A DNA stretch of 64,000 nucleotides, taken from contig CM075986.1 in NCBI GenBank assembly GCA_038087875.1, positions 15,872,001 through 15,936,000 of the forward strand. The letters run 5' to 3'. Made by a program: the position numbers and the translations under genes. Source of the DNA: Malacoraja senta. Lineage: Eukaryota. A model generated the notes under the pieces. That model was not told the origin of the DNA, did no database searches, and saw only the letters and a program-made list of their open reading frames with translations. This document shows, one piece after another, positions 1 through 15,205 of this stretch (position 1 is the first letter of the stretch; every line of letters starts with the position of its first letter).

Positions 1-399
1 AACGTCTTATCGTATCTGCTTCCACTGCCACTTGCTAATTAAAAAAAACTTGCCCTGCACCTCTCCTTTAAACTTGCCTCCCTGTACCTTAAACCTATGC
101 CCTCTAGTCTTTGACATTTCCACCCTGGGGAAAAAGATTCTGACTGTCTACCCTTTATTTTCCATTTCAGAATAACTTCAACAATGACTTCCTCTTTAAA
201 GGGTTCAGACTGACCTTTATGAGTTTAGGCGAATTATAGGGCGTTCATAACAATTGTCCCCTGCTGAAGAGTGAAAATCGTAATGTACACATAGTTACAG
301 TGCAAATTAACTGGTAACTGGCTCAAAGTTTACAGACTGCATCAATTGCCCGGCTATAGCAATATATAAGCATCATAAATAGGGGGAGGAATGGGCCCT

Positions 400-835
400 T
401 CGTGCCTGCTCTGTCATTCAAATCGTGAAGATGGAGTCAATAGGAGGACATCTTGTCCGTATGTCAGACTGGGCTACATCCACACCTCTCTGTAATGTTT
501 TGCAGATTTGGGCAGAGTTGTTCCCAAACCAAGCTGTGATGCAAGCCAGCAGTATGTTTCCTATAATGTATCTGTAGACATTTGTAAGAGTCATTGGAAA
601 CATGTTGAATTTTATCCACCTCCTCAGGCAGTAGAGACATTGGTTTGTTTCTTGGCTGTTGGCGCCATGTGGTTAGTCCACGACAGATTGTTGGTAATAT
701 TTACACCAAGGAACTTAGCTCTCAACCATTTCCACTTTGGCACCATTCAAGCTGATTGACCCTTGCTTTCTGAAGTTGATAACTAGCAACTTCATCTTGC
801 CGACATTGAGGGAGAGGTTGTTTGTGGAAATGTAG
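400..835 (-). mobile_element. Degenerate Rex1/Babar-type LINE fragment (RT C-terminal region)
   Basis: Minus-strand peptide NNLSLNVGKMKLLVINFRKQGSISLNGAKVEMVES resembles the post-YADD 'L.LN..KTKE...DFRK...NG..VE.V' motif of Rex1/Babar-type RTs; frame is broken. Confidence 0.6.
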
Positions 836-1459
836 CGCACTCTGAGCCAATTGTTATATTTCTTTAATAATAAATATGAAGTTACTATTGCACTACATGC
901 AGCCATTGTGTGCAGTTACAAACATCAGTGGCAGTGAGCTAACTCTTCAACCAGAAGAAAGCTGCAGTGTTACTGTCTGCCACCCTTAACAGGCAAATTG
1001 GCTTTGCACCGACACTCACTGCTGCGGTAATTGGACCTTGTTTCCTGTTTGTGTCCCTTGGTTCCTTCTGCTACTCGCAGATAGATAACTTAGATAGATA
1101 TACAGGCTGATAACTTGCCCATAGCTGTTACTGGTACTGCTTTATAAGTGGCCTGTAGCAAACTGTAGACAAGGAACCCAGGGGAGTTCCAGGCTTTACT
1201 CAACCCCTGAACACAACACCATGGCCTGGATGGGGAATGCCACATGTACAATGCAGATCTCATCCTCACTGCACTATGTACTGAAGGTCCCTGTACATGG
1301 TGTTGAATGCCAGTTATGAGCTTCTACTTATGATCACAAAGCAGGAGAATGTTCAAAAATAAACGGAATGGATTCGGCAACATTTTGATTCTGTGTGCAG
1401 AGGGTAATAGAAACCATTAAGATGGGTGCCAAGACCTTGTGTTAAAATTATTATTAAAC

Positions 1460-1740
1460 AAAGTCAAGTCAAGTCAAGTGAGTTTATTGTCATGTGTCCC
1501 TGATAGGACAATGAAATTCTTGCTTTGCTTCAGCACAACAGAACATAGTAGGCATTGACTACAAAACAGATCAGTGTGTCCATATACCATTCTATAAATA
1601 TATACACACATGAATCAATATACTGATAAAGTGCAAATAACAGTTAATTGGCTAATAAAGTTCAGTGTTTTGTCCGAGCCAGGTTTAATAGCCTGATGGC
1701 TGTGGGGAAGTAGCTATTCCTGAACCTGGTCGTTGCAGAT
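1460..1740 (-). mobile_element. LINE 3' end (Rex1/Babar-like) with (TTGAC)n tail
   Basis: (AAGTC)n at about 1460-1479 followed by tttattgtca (AATAAA on minus) and a LINE-type 3' UTR. Confidence 0.55.
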
Positions 1741-3647
1741 AGTAAAGGATATTTAAATAAGATATTTATGTAGGGGATAGAGTTCCTGCAGATTTTCTCA
1801 GCCACAAATGGTTACTGAATGAGAGTGCACATATTCTGTTACGAGAATAGTTACACGATAGCGTGGAATTAAGATGTGTGGCATCAAATGAAGTACTCAT
1901 GGGGAAAAATAGCAGCCCCGCGTTGATCTACAAGTTTCTGCATGACTAGATATGTGTTCAGAGAAGTGTTCTCTTGCTTAGCTGCAGCAATCTTGATAAA
2001 AGATCAGCAGGAATCTTGGATAAACTGGCAAAATTCTCAAAGCTGAACAGAAAGGTTCCCCTGAAAATCGTAGCATTAAATAATTCAGTGGTGTCTTTTA
2101 CACAAGAGGATCGGCAAAGCACTTTCAATTTTTATTACTAACTCTAATGAAATGAATAACCAGTGGCAAAATCCAAGCTGACTCAAGCAAACGGGTGCTC
2201 GGTCTTACTTATCTGCAAATTTTTACTTTGCATTGGTGTCATGCCGGTCCTGATTCCACGTTTAGACAATTGGCAATGAAACTGGGGAGCATGAAGCTGA
2301 ACCATTTAAAATCCTAGATTGATACAGCACAGGAGGGCCATTCAGCCCCTGACCTATACCTATTGTTCAGTAGTTAACTACTAAAACCCTCTCCCTATAA
2401 CTGTATATATTTTCTCCTTTAAATATTTAACCAGTTTTGCTTCTGCTTCCAGCGATCTTTTAATGTGTTCCAGATTATATTCATTGCATTTCTTGTTTTA
2501 AAATAAGTTTCCTCAAGTTGTCCCTGCTTCTTCTGACCAACATAAGTTTGTTTTCTCTGGTTAATGAAGCGTCTGACGTCTCTCCATATTTACTCTGTTA
2601 ACACTGTTCATAACTTAGAGCACCTTAATCCAGTCTCCTCATACCTTCGCTGCCTTTAAACAGAAATTCCCAGCTTTTCCAAGTTTTTCACATCATGTCC
2701 ATTCAGTTAAGTCCTCACACTGACGCTGCTGCGGTACAATTAAAATGAAGTGAAGGACGTGATTGCAGACAGGAGGAAACGATGGAAGGCTGCCCTCTTT
2801 TGGTGGACAAGCGATTTACTGGTTTTACTGGTTTATTATTTTTGTCACGTGTACCGAGATAGTGATATTATTCAGGCAAATCATATCATACGTGAATGCT
2901 TCAGGGAGTGCAAATGCGAAAGTAAACTGAGCACAGAATATAGTATTGCAGCTGCAGAGAAAATGCAGATTAAAAATGTGCCAGGATCACAACGTGGTAG
3001 ATTGGAAGATCGGCGGAATAATCAGGATGCGAATGGTCCTTGATGTTGTTGTCTGCTTTCCCAAGGCAGTGAAGTTTAGGTGGAGTAGTTGTAGGGGGAA
3101 GGCTTGTGTGATGGACTAGGCTACATTCACAACACTGCAATTTCTTTGCGGTCTTCTGCAGAGCAGTTGCCAAACCTGTGCTTTAAATTGCTTCTTTCTG
3201 AATTTACTAGAAATGCCTTGATAATTCTGGAAGGTCATTGCCTTGAAAGCCTAAGTCTACAAAGATGCTGTCTGGTCTGCTGAACATTTCTAGCATTATC
3301 TGCTTTTATATCAGATCTCCATTTTCTCCTATATTTTTCTTTGAGATAATTCCTAGGTTCAATGAGAGTAATATGCATGTCACTTCCAGAATCCATGCAG
3401 TGATGCCAATCCAGGGCATCAACATGTTCCCACTGTCAGGAGCATTCCCACATCCAAACCTATTGCCAAGCAATAGAAGTGATGAGTGTAGACTCATGCT
3501 GAGGGTGAGTTAAAGCCTGATGCCATCCCTGCCTGCTATTGATAAGGGTGAACGAGAGAGAATGCGAGGTAACATACTACCAGTCAAGGCAACTGTTTTG
3601 TTGAACAGATTCAATTTCCTGCTGTTAGGATGTACCTTGAAAAACAT

Positions 3648-3853
3648 CTCACAGAAGGCAGTGCAGGCCAATTCACTGGATGTTTTCAAGAGAGAGTTAG
3701 ATACAGCTCTTAGGGCTAACGGAATCAAGGGATATGGGGAGAAAGCAGGAATGGGGTATTGATTTAGGATGATCAGTCATAATCATATTGAATGGCGGTG
3801 CTGACTCGACGGGCCGAATGGCCTACTCCTGCACCTATTTTTCCATGTTTCTA
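3648..3853 (+). mobile_element. CR1/HER1 LINE 3' fragment
   Basis: Encodes QKAVQANSLDVFKRELDTAL...GIKGYGEKAG, followed by the gggccgaatggcctactcctgcaccta tail shared with 41230-42185. Confidence 0.85.
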
Positions 3854-4258
3854 AAACAGGAGAATTCTGTTTAGCTGGACGTGGTCGGACACATGGTGTC
3901 AGTGTAATTCTCAGAATGGTAATGAATGGAGAAGTGGTGAGTGCATAACCCTGGTCTTCAATCTGTACAGTGTTTGTGTACCACTGATGCCCATGGACTG
4001 CTGTCTCTTCCAGTCCACATTATCACTGTGGAAGCACGGAGGCACCCTTCATTCCAGCACTCTGACCAAGGTCTCAGTTCAGAGCTAGCGATTGAATTGA
4101 ATTGAATTGAATTTCTTTATTTGTCATTCAAAAACAAGTTTGAATGAAATTTCGTTGACATGCAGTCATTAGAGTAAAATAGCAACAAAACACACAATTA
4201 AACACAAACATCCTTCACAGTGACTCTCCAGGCACCTCCTCACTGTGATGGAAGGTAA

Positions 4259-4525
<267 letters not shown>

Positions 4526-7374
4526 TGAGATATGAAATTAAACTCTTGTAAAATTCTGCATTCAGCTCCACAATCTACGACACCAGCCACTGCACCAATA
4601 GCTCAGTTTAGCAGTAGGTAGAAGAGCAATTCACACCAGAAATCTTCCAGGTTAACTCCTGGTCTGTGCTGAGATATTAACTTGAACTGGCCTCATGCTC
4701 CATGAGGTACAAAGGTGGGTACAGCCAGCTGTAGGTGGTTATGGGTCAAGGTGCACATGGATTAGCAGTTCTGAGGATGTGATGCCCAACGCCAACACCT
4801 AGCTCACCAATCCGCCATAACTAATTGTGTGCATGGATGTTGGCTGCTGTAGTGAGGAACCTGCATTCACACCACCAAGATGGGACAGGAGCCAAAACAA
4901 AAACAAACAAAATCTGTTGTTGAAATGAATCATAGCCTCCAGGTCTCCAGGCTTTAAATGGTTAACTGCAGCTCTCGTCAATGACTTGCACCAACAGGTT
5001 ACGGGATTCTTGCTGCTTGAATAGTGATTTGTGAATTTTCCGCAGTGGGCATAGGTTAATGAGGTGTATGTATTTTATGTATTATATGTGAATCACTAGA
5101 TATTGTTAATAGAGCAGCTCCAGTAGTTTAGCGTTCATCTTCAGCATCTTTGCTGCTTGAGTAACTTTCTTTAGCTTACTCTTTCACTCCCAATCCACCT
5201 GCATGTTTCACAATTCCCTCCAGAAAGCATGGTTGCATGGAAAGCAAAAGGTTGTTACCAGACCCAAGGTCAGTGCCGCTCAGTAACTAATTATGGTAGA
5301 CTGTATTTGTAGCTCATCCAGTAGCTTTCCCTCCACTCATTGTTCATTGTGGAATTATGGTGGCTCGAAACAGCATTCTACATTTGCTTGTGGCCTCCCG
5401 GGCTTCTCCTGGGAACGTTTCTTTCACCAGAAGCTCTCATTTGGGATTATTATTACATTAATGCTAATTAATAGTAAAATAACACAAATGGGATATTCTC
5501 AGAGACTCCATGATAGGTGAACCTTCAGGGTCAGAATGTGCACTCCATTTCATCCAATTAGAAACCCAGTTGGGTAGATTCTGCATCGGCATGGTTTCAA
5601 GATTCTTAATCATTTCATTGATGCGTCAAAGTGTGGACAACATTCGCTCCCATCTTTGGAAGGGCGAAGGGCATGGAATGATCCCTATTTACCAACCACA
5701 AAAGGGTAAAGAGAGTGGTCAAGATATTGGGAAGAACCTGAAGTAACATTGATGATCGAGACAGATTGAAAACTTATTAAGAATGATCAGACTAGAAGCC
5801 ACTGCAAGTGATTTATTTAAAGTTCATTTTTTCACAAACTGGATTGTTAGCAAGGCCTACATTTATTCCTGACGATAAGCCATCTTCATAAACAGTTGAA
5901 GATGGTCTGGGGGTTGCAGTTCTAGGATTTAGACCCAGCAGCGATAAAGGATTAATGATAGATTTTGAAATCTGTATGGCGATCTGAAGGTGGTGGTTGT
6001 TCCCAGGTGCTTGCTTTAGGAGGTACAACCAGGGAAGTGGGAAATATTTCAGAGCAGTTCATCTTATCCATGAACCTGTCCAAATGTCTTTTAAACATTG
6101 TAATTGTACCTGCCTCTACAGATTCCTCTGGCAGCTCCTTCATATACCCACCATTCTCTGTGCAAAAAAACTCCACCTCGGGTTCCCTTTAAATCGTGCC
6201 GTTCTCGGCTTAAACCTATGCACTTTTGTTTACCTGTTTACCTTGAGAATAGGATTGTGACCACCCACCTTACTTTGAACACTCAACCTTGTTTCATTTG
6301 GCACAACTGTATCAAAAATCTGCCAAACTTTTTCAAAACGCCTATCTGGATTTTGTAATTTGAAGTTGTAATGTTTGATTCACCTGCAATGAATGAAATT
6401 CAACTGTTAAATAAATAGTTGTAAACTATTTTATTTAATATTGTGAATCACTTGACTTGGAAATATAATGCCACGGAATGTCAAGTGTAAGTGATCAAAC
6501 ACTCCCTTGTTAAAAATGCAATTGCTTGACACTTTAAGCCACAACTGTAAATTGAGACTGATCATTTCATGTTGTCAAAGTGTTGCCGCTATTGACTGCT
6601 TTGTTTTCAGAGGTTGAGTGGAATTGTATAATCATTAGCCCACTTATGACCCCATTATGGAAGACAAGCTCTTTGATGAAGCCGTGTAGGTTGAGCCTGT
6701 GGCATTGATCTAAGATACTCCTGAAATTAGGTTGTGGGCCTGGAATTATCAACTTCCAATAGCCTTCTTTGTGCAAAGTATGACTCCAACCATTGGCGTC
6801 AACCCCTTGATGCCCACTGACCTGAGATTTACTAGGACTCATTAATGCTACACTTGGTAAAATGTTCCCTTGATGTCACCTATGATACGATACAATAAAA
6901 CTTTATTCATCCCTGGAGGGAAATTGGGTCTCCCGACAGTCACAACACACAAAGTACACAAAAATGTGAAACTTGACATCCCAACTCAGCATCAGTAAGC
7001 AGGTTATTGGAGAGGAAGTGCTGTGCTTTAATGCAACAACACTTTCCATCAACTTGCTGGTGGAGAGTTGGCTGATTGGGCAGTAATTAGTTGCTTCGAT
7101 TTGTCCAATTTTCCACATCATTAGCTGGCTGCTGGAGATTCCATGTTACAAATGCTGGATGTGTTAAATCAAAATTCCCTCTGCTTCATGCCCTGCAAAA
7201 CCTCGGGTAGGAAAGAGTAGCCAGTCTTTATAACTCTTTGCTTGTGCTGCTGCAATGGGGTGAGCTCACTGCCACATGTGCCAGTGCTGACAACTTGCAA
7301 CGAGACAAGAAGGGAGGTATAGATAATGGACATCCCCTTGCTAGCTTGGTTTACCAATTGGATTTTGATTGTAA

Positions 7375-7578
<204 letters not shown>

Positions 7579-8898
7579 CCACGGCAGCATTGCTGGGGGA
7601 AGGAGCAGGTGGCTAGCAGCTAACCAAGCGGGAAGCACTGGCACCTCGCCTCTCTTTAACAAGGGGCACAGCAGCTGCGATTCGTTAATTTGCTTTAAAT
7701 AGCGTGTAATTTAGGGGCCATTGCTAACACGAGGGAAGGATTGCTGTTATTATTGTGGGTAGCGACATCATAAAAAAGGTCATGGGGAGGTAGTTACACA
7801 AACAACCAACGGATGTCTCGGTTTATAGCACCCATCCAGGAGTATCTAAACCTGTCCATGGACAACGGCAGGCCACTGGCCGAGGCATGCTCTGTTCATT
7901 GAAATCCCTGGTATTAACAATTATTCCATCTATTTAATAACGGAGGAAAATTGAAATGAAAGTAAAACTGGAACAGGGTCGCCAGAATTCCCCGGCCTGA
8001 TAACTTGTACATAACTGTAGTGCTACTTTAACCAGAGCAATTCTTCCCTCATTACACATTGCTATATCTTTGGATAGATAACCCACCCCAGTGGGAACAG
8101 TTTGCAACTGCACAGAATACTCTCAACGATATATCTCTTTAAAAAGGATGGTATGATGCAGCAGTCTGGTTATGCCAGATATTATAACTGTGCTTTATAG
8201 AAAAGACACAGTGCCAGTTACGCATCAGTTGTGACTGAATTATCTGCTACAGGATTCAGCAGAACCTTAAAAATCATAGTGCATCACCTGTACACCTTGC
8301 TACGTTGTACACTTCTCTCACTATCCAGAAGCCTACAACCCAACATAACTGTCCAGATCACTTCTCTGGAGCAGTTCCTTCTAGAGATAGAGCAGATCTG
8401 CAAGTGATTTCAACTTGGTGCCTTGAGCATTTTGTAGTCAGATATTTTAATCAGCAAATTGGACTGCAGTTCCACTGCAGACCCTTGCCTCATGCACCTC
8501 TCTTCTCACACACATACCCCCAACCTGTAGCTGTTTCAGAGAACATGCACCCCAGCTGTGAAGAGAGCCCTGTTACAGTGACCAGTTACCCTCCCCCATG
8601 AGTTATTGTCTACCTTGTCTCCCATCCTGGTGCTCTGCTAACCACTAGTTACCATGATGCAGGTCACTGCTGCTGCAAGTAAGAACTTAATTGTTCCGTT
8701 TCGGTACATATGACAATAGAACACTCTTGACTCTTGCTGCTCCATCTACCCACTGCATACTATGACTCGGCTCCGGAATGAAACATTTATCTCTATACAG
8801 AAAACAGACCTTCCCCATCACCACCCCCCACCCCCCTCCACTCTATCTCTACCACCCATTTCCATTTAATTGCTGGTTGAATAACCAAGGATTTTAAT

Positions 8899-8992
8899 CA
8901 GTCTGAAGAAGGGGTTTGACCTGAAACGTCCCCCATTCCTTCTCTCCAGAGATGCTGCCTGTCCCGCTGAGTTACTCCAGCATTTTATGTCT
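8899..8992 (+). mobile_element. Short Penelope-terminus insertion with hammerhead-like core; 15-bp flanking direct repeat
   Basis: accaaggattttaat at 8884-8898 and 8993-9007; CTGAAGA at 8903-8909, then GAAACGTC. Confidence 0.85.
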
Positions 8993-9305
8993 ACCAAGGA
9001 TTTTAATTGTCAGATTTAGTGATGGCTGTGTCATTTTCCCCAGCTTGGACTGTTTTTATAAAGCGAGCATGTGACTGAAGTGCGTGGGATTTCAGTTGTG
9101 TTAATTATCACAATGTGATATCACTGAATTTCAGGGGCATCCTGAATCACAGGCTCAGCAGATGGAATGCATTTTTTCAACTTAAACTGTGCTTCAGTAA
9201 TGAGTTACATATGAAGAATAATATTTTGGTACTTAAATGTTTACTGTTTGTGAGCCATTGCATTTTACATTACAGTTAATGAGTCATGGATCATTTCTGG
9301 GTTTC

Positions 9306-9311
9306 AATAAA
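9306..9311 (+). terminator. Probable polyadenylation signal of the LIMD2-type gene (3' UTR about 7579-9330)
   Basis: AATAAA after an AU-rich tract, with a T/GT-rich region downstream. Confidence 0.5.
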
Positions 9312-12300
9312 AACAAAATCACTGGTCTTTTATAAACAGTTGCTATGTGGCCAAGATTAGCAAACCATCTTAAAAATGCTCACGTCACTCTCCTCCATAC
9401 TAAAGATTGAAATGACTACTACTGAAGCCAAAGGACAGTGTGCTAGACCTGGACCAATGTCACTGTGATTAACAGATGTCCTGCGCTTCATGCATTCAGC
9501 AAAATGGTGACAGTGTAGCACTCATTAACACTGCCTCACTGTTCCAAGGACCCAGGATCCATCCTGGTCTGCAAAGTTTGTAAGTTTCCTCTAGTTCTCA
9601 TGCATATCCCACAGATGTGATGGTACATTAATTCATTATACTATATTCCCACTTTGTCTAAGTTTAAGACAAAACAAGAATCAAAGGCGAGAGTATACGT
9701 TGCACAGACAAATGAGAGGGGGAATGGGGATTTGTTTCCATGGCAGTTGGCCTGGACCAAATGACCTCCTCCTAATCAAAACAAGATCTCAATCATTCTC
9801 CAGTTCAGCAGCAGGCAAGACAATCAACACATGCCCTTCATAGATGTGGACTAGGAACTGGCCCAGATGACTTACACACTTCCATTTTCGTGGAAGTCTA
9901 GTGGCCCTTGCACTCTCATCCACCTCCCCTCCCCTTTCCCATAACTTCAAATTGCCGTCTATTTTGTGATATACGTTGCGATTCGAATGCCTGGGTATAT
10001 GCAGTGTAGATGGCATTAATGGATTGCTGGAAGCAATAGGGTGGCCGCTGGAATGAGTCAAGGTCCAAAACAATGGCAAGGTCACCATGTAGACATTATC
10101 ATCCACTATTTTCGTCTACTGCTTGCAGATGGTCAGCTTTGTATCTGAAACTTCACTTTTTGCCTGTGAACCAAGGACAATGAGAATTTCCACACTGGCT
10201 TAGCATTATGCCCATTTCCAAAGCTGTAGTTATATTTCAACCACTTTTAAAGGGGAGTGCGGGGCATTCCATATTCATGTTGTTCAGCTTCCCTTATTCA
10301 TGATTTCATGAGGATCGTACCAAAGGGAGATACTTGATTTCAGAGCTCAGGTTGAAAAACAATCAAATCCCCACAGGATTTCTATTTTGACCCATTTTCA
10401 TCTCAGACAATGGGGTGGATTAATTGCCTTGATGAGGCTGGTGTGTTCTGCATTCCCATCACCTGGCCCAAGTTCTTAAAACTCACAGTTCTACTTTCAT
10501 TGGACCGAAGTGATCCTGTTGCACCTCACAACGCCATCATTGATGTGCAGTCACATCTACTATCATCCATAAGGAAGTGACTATACAACCAGAGCCTTAA
10601 AAGTTCTTCCATACCACAACTTCTCCATGAAATAAATAGAAAATGCTGGACACACTCCTAATCAGACAGCATCGGTGGAAAGAGAACACAGAATTTTTAG
10701 TTGACATCAAAGACAATTGCTGTGCAGAATGGCAATCGAACACTCAATATCCACTACTCCTCACCTCCAAACCATCGTTGATTATGTGTATTCTGTGCAT
10801 CTGCGAGCTAAACACTCTCAGGTAAAACAATAGGGAGATAACAGGTAGTCATTCAGTCCCAGACCCGTTCTGCCATTGTAACATTATGGCTAGTTTGTAT
10901 AATAACTCAAATTTGCCTGTCTTCTCCATATTCCCTGAATGCTCTTAAGGTAATTGAAATTCTTTGATCTCAGGCTTGAAAATGTCAATGCCCCTTCATT
11001 TATGTCCCTTTTGTGGTGCTGAACTCCATCACTTCTTCTGCAAACATTTTTGCCTGATTTTACTCTAAACTGGCCCGTTACTAATTTTAAAGTTTACACG
11101 CTTGTTCTAGTTTCCCCACCAGATTTTCTCCCCGCCCAATAAAATACTCACCCTAAACTCAAACTCCTCTCACCAACTTGATGAGAAATGAAGTGTTTTT
11201 GCAGATTAAGATCAATGCAACCTGAAAACTGAGGTTTTTAAAAGTGTGATGTTATTTTGAAGAAAATCTTTACTGCATGCGTAAATCTGTGATCAGCATT
11301 TCGGGACTTGGTGGTATATGATGTTTCCCCAAAGTGAAAAATGTTGAGTGCTGTTTTGTAATGGTTGCATGAATTTATTATATTGGTGGTTCTTGTTGTT
11401 TAGACACTTTGTTCTCAACAATGGGATAAGTGGGTCTGGATCCCCCACTAACTACCCAGTTATATTGGATCTAATCAATATTGAAATTGGAAATTATTAA
11501 ATACAATAACCGCAGCTACACAGCTCAGTTACAGATATGCTGGCCTTTGCCTAGTACATCGCATAAATGAATTGCTAAGATAGAGTAATGATCTCCAAAC
11601 CCTCATGGGTGGGGCCTCAGAGTTGCCAAGATGGTACAGAAAACTTGCACAATGATCAATACTGCATGTTGATGTTAAACAAGGAAGAGATGGGGCTTGG
11701 CTTGATGGCCAAACAACCTGCAAGATGATTGTATTACTTACCTACTTAAGAACAGCCACAATAAACTGAGGTTCTTGATTCATGTGCAATTGCAGTTAAC
11801 CTTTTCAGGAGGAGGGAAAGATGAGAAAATACAATCATTTTCAGGTATTTGCTGATCGCACAATATTCGATCATGGTCAGAAAGAAACAGGCAATTTGCT
11901 CCAAGGCTTAGGTTTCAGACTGCAGTGATCTGGGGATTACTTACCAAACAACTTATGAAACAACCCTACATTATATACTTTGAATGTGAAGGCCTATTGC
12001 ATTTGGCCTGCACCAAGTATTAGTGGGCCACCATACACTGCATATTGAACTAATTCCACGTGATATACGGGTCTAAGTTTGTTAGTACGCATTGCACACA
12101 TTACTGTGAATTATATATTAGAGACACAAAATGTGATTAGAGACTGTAGTTTACAATCAGAGTCTGAACACATCTTGCTCTGTACATCAGTTATATATGG
12201 TTGTCACAATCGCCTCTTCTACTTGCAAATGTTTTGTTCTAACTTAATACATTTACATGTAAAACAATTCACTGCCTTTTTGGTCACTCTGTATTCCACA

Positions 12301-13445
12301 AACTCTCCTGAAGGAAGCTGTCACTGGCAGGTTACTGCATTTACTATATTTTTTACACAGTAGATATGCCCCCAATATACATGCCTTATAAATATTGTAT
12401 GTTTGTATCTTTTTTACTGTTTGTATATCTCTGATCACGACTGTTAAAAGTGCTGCTTTGAATCTGTGAATGCACCTCTGCTTTACAAATGTTAGAGTTT
12501 TAACATTAAATATCCATTGTGTAACCCTGTGTGCAAGATGCTACAAAATAAGGGGGGGGGGGGAGGGGGGCAGTGGTGAAAAGGTAAGACTCTCCACACC
12601 TTCCTTGATTTCTTTAATGTTCATTAGATGGTATCAATGTCCATAGAAAGATCAGTTGCCCAGAATATATATTTACATTTATGGTTCATTAGAGGCTAAT
12701 ATGAGATTCCAGAAGTGGTTTATAGTACTGATCCATTAATTAAACATAATATCAGAAACAGTGCTTAGTAAGCATTGGCTCCATGTCAGTAGAGAGACAC
12801 ACAGAGAAGGAACATTTAAAACAGAGTCCATTCAACTCCTGATCTGCCATTCCTTTGAATTATGAACGATTGACAACCTCATTTAGCTAAATTAGTCCAT
12901 AACCATTACCAATAAAAAAAAATGCTAAATCTGTATCTTTTTTAGGAGAGAATTCCATATTTATTTTTCTTTGTGAAGCCTACCCTTGTAGTCCTCATCA
13001 TATTAGGAAATAGATTTAATTTACTATTAGTTTATTATTTTTAACATTTTGTTCATATTACTCCATTACTTTCTATAAAGCATTTTACACCAAAACCATT
13101 TAAGCATGGTCATACATTTTTATTATGAATACTTTGTGTGTCTTATACACAGGGGTGGAACCAACATAGGTATACCCAACAGCTTGGAAGCTGCTGCAAC
13201 GCTATGATATAATGACCTTTGAAAATCAGTGGAGTAATCAATGGAAAAAGGACACCAAGTGCTAGGGTGCAGCAGCATCTCTGGAGAACATGGATAGGCG
13301 ACCCTTCAGGTCGGGACCCTCTGCAGACATAGTAATTCTAATTAGGAATGGACCTGCTTCATCATCCAAAGACTGCACTCAAATAAACTATTAATCCTGA
13401 CTTTGCCTGTTTCAGATGAGAGTGGTTGGTTAATGTTCAGAGGAA

Positions 13446-14420
13446 ATAGAGATACAAGAAACTGCAAATGCTGAAATTGGGTACAAAAAAACAAACTGTT
13501 GGAGGAACTCAGTGGGTCAAGCAATAACTGGAGGGAGAGGAACTGTTAACATTCCAGCTTGCGACTCTTCATCTGAGCTGAGAATGGAGAGGGAAGGTGG
13601 CCGGCGTAAAGAGAAGAGGTAGGTGAGACAGAACCCTTGGGTGATATGTGGACCAAGGGGAGGATGAGGAATGGAGGCAGGAAGGGTGGAGTTAGGAGGC
13701 AGAAACAGGTGGGTGATGGGTGGAACAGATGAGAGAAAAAAGAGAAAAGATGAGAGCGTCTCAAGAAGGGTCTCGCCCCGAAACGTCACCCATTCTTTCT
13801 CTCCAGAGATGCTGCAAGTTCCGCTGAGTTACTCCAGCATTTTGTGTCTACCTTTGAGAGAAAAAAAAGGCAGATTGAGCCAGGTGGGGGGAAGTGAAGG
13901 TGAAAACTGGATGGAGGATGTCAAGTAGGAGCACAAAGGCTGCCAGCGCTAGAATCATAAACAGAAGTGATGCTGGACACAATTTATGAGAGAGAGATGG
14001 ACAGATAAAAGCAGAGGGGGGGGGGGCATAGATCCAATGGGTGATTTTAGTGGATATGTAGGTGGATGGATCCAGGTGTGGAAAGGGTTAAAACAGAATG
14101 AAGGGGTGGCTGTATGGGAGGTCAAAGAATTCGGAGGAATCAGAAGAGAAGGGAAAGTAAGGGGTAAGGATTATCTTAAAGTGGGAAGTCCAATTATAAT
14201 ATTGAGTCATAAACCTCTCACACATAAAATTAGATGTTGTTCTTCTAGTTCACTTTTGGCCTCACCCTGGTAATGTAGAAGGCCAAGGACAGACAGTTTG
14301 GTGTGTATATGGGAAGGGGGGGTTAAATGGTATGCAACTGGAGCATGGTATGGCCATTGAAGAGCATAGGTGTTCTACAAACAGGTCGCCTGGTTTGCGC
14401 CTGGTCCCACCCAGCCCAGT
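13446..14420 (-). mobile_element. Older degenerate Penelope-like element 3' portion, with a younger terminus copy nested at about 13750-13853
   Basis: Similar to the GIY-YIG/3' UTR of 35280-35600; the nested copy is flanked by tgagagaaaaaa repeats. Confidence 0.6.
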
Positions 14421-14467
14421 CTCCTAGAAAAATGCAACTTCCTCATCCACACATAGGAATCCATCAA

Positions 14468-14566
14468 AGATAGACACAAAATGCTGGAGTAACTCAGCGA
14501 GTCAGGCAGCATCTCTGGAGAAAAGGAATAGGTGACGTTTCAGGTCGAGACCCTTCTTCAGACTGA
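14468..14566 (-). mobile_element. Short Penelope-terminus copy with intact hammerhead core
   Basis: Reverse complement reads tcagtCTGAAGAagggtctcgacctGAAACGTCacctattcc. Confidence 0.8.
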
Positions 14567-15205
14567 AATAATATAGATAAGGTAAGAAAGGATGTGTGCC
14601 TGTATTGCACTAAGTGAATAGTGAAATTACCTAAACTGATGCAATTCTTTGGATCTGATTAAAGAAGTGGACAGGAGAATGTTCATGGATTGAAAATCCT
14701 AGCTTGCTGGATTTCTAAAATAAAAACAGAAAATGCTGTAAACACTCCACATATCAGGCAGCATCAGTTGAAAGAGAATCATGTTATAATTCCCTTTAAC
14801 TATTCTCTTAGCACTTCTTGTAACACAGCCTGATTCTGTAACTCCAACATCCTGGATTGAAGGAGGCTGAAGAAATTGGTATAAATTGCACTGGCATACA
14901 GCACGGAAACAAGCCTTTCGGCCCAACTTGCCCATGCTGCCCTAGGTGCCCCATCTACACGAGTCCCACCTGCCTGCGTTTAGTCCTCTAAATCTTTCCT
15001 ATCCATGTACCTGTCCAAATGTATTTTAAATGTTATAGTAGCCGGCACAACGGCCTAATTTGGCAGCTGCTTGTTCCATATACCCACCACCCTCTGAGGA
15101 AAAGTTGTCCCTTTCCTTAGTTTCCTATTATTTTACCCCTCTCGCCTTATTTTCCCCCTCTCATCAACGGGATCTTCAGGAGCCATTGCATCAAATAGGT
15201 ACCCT

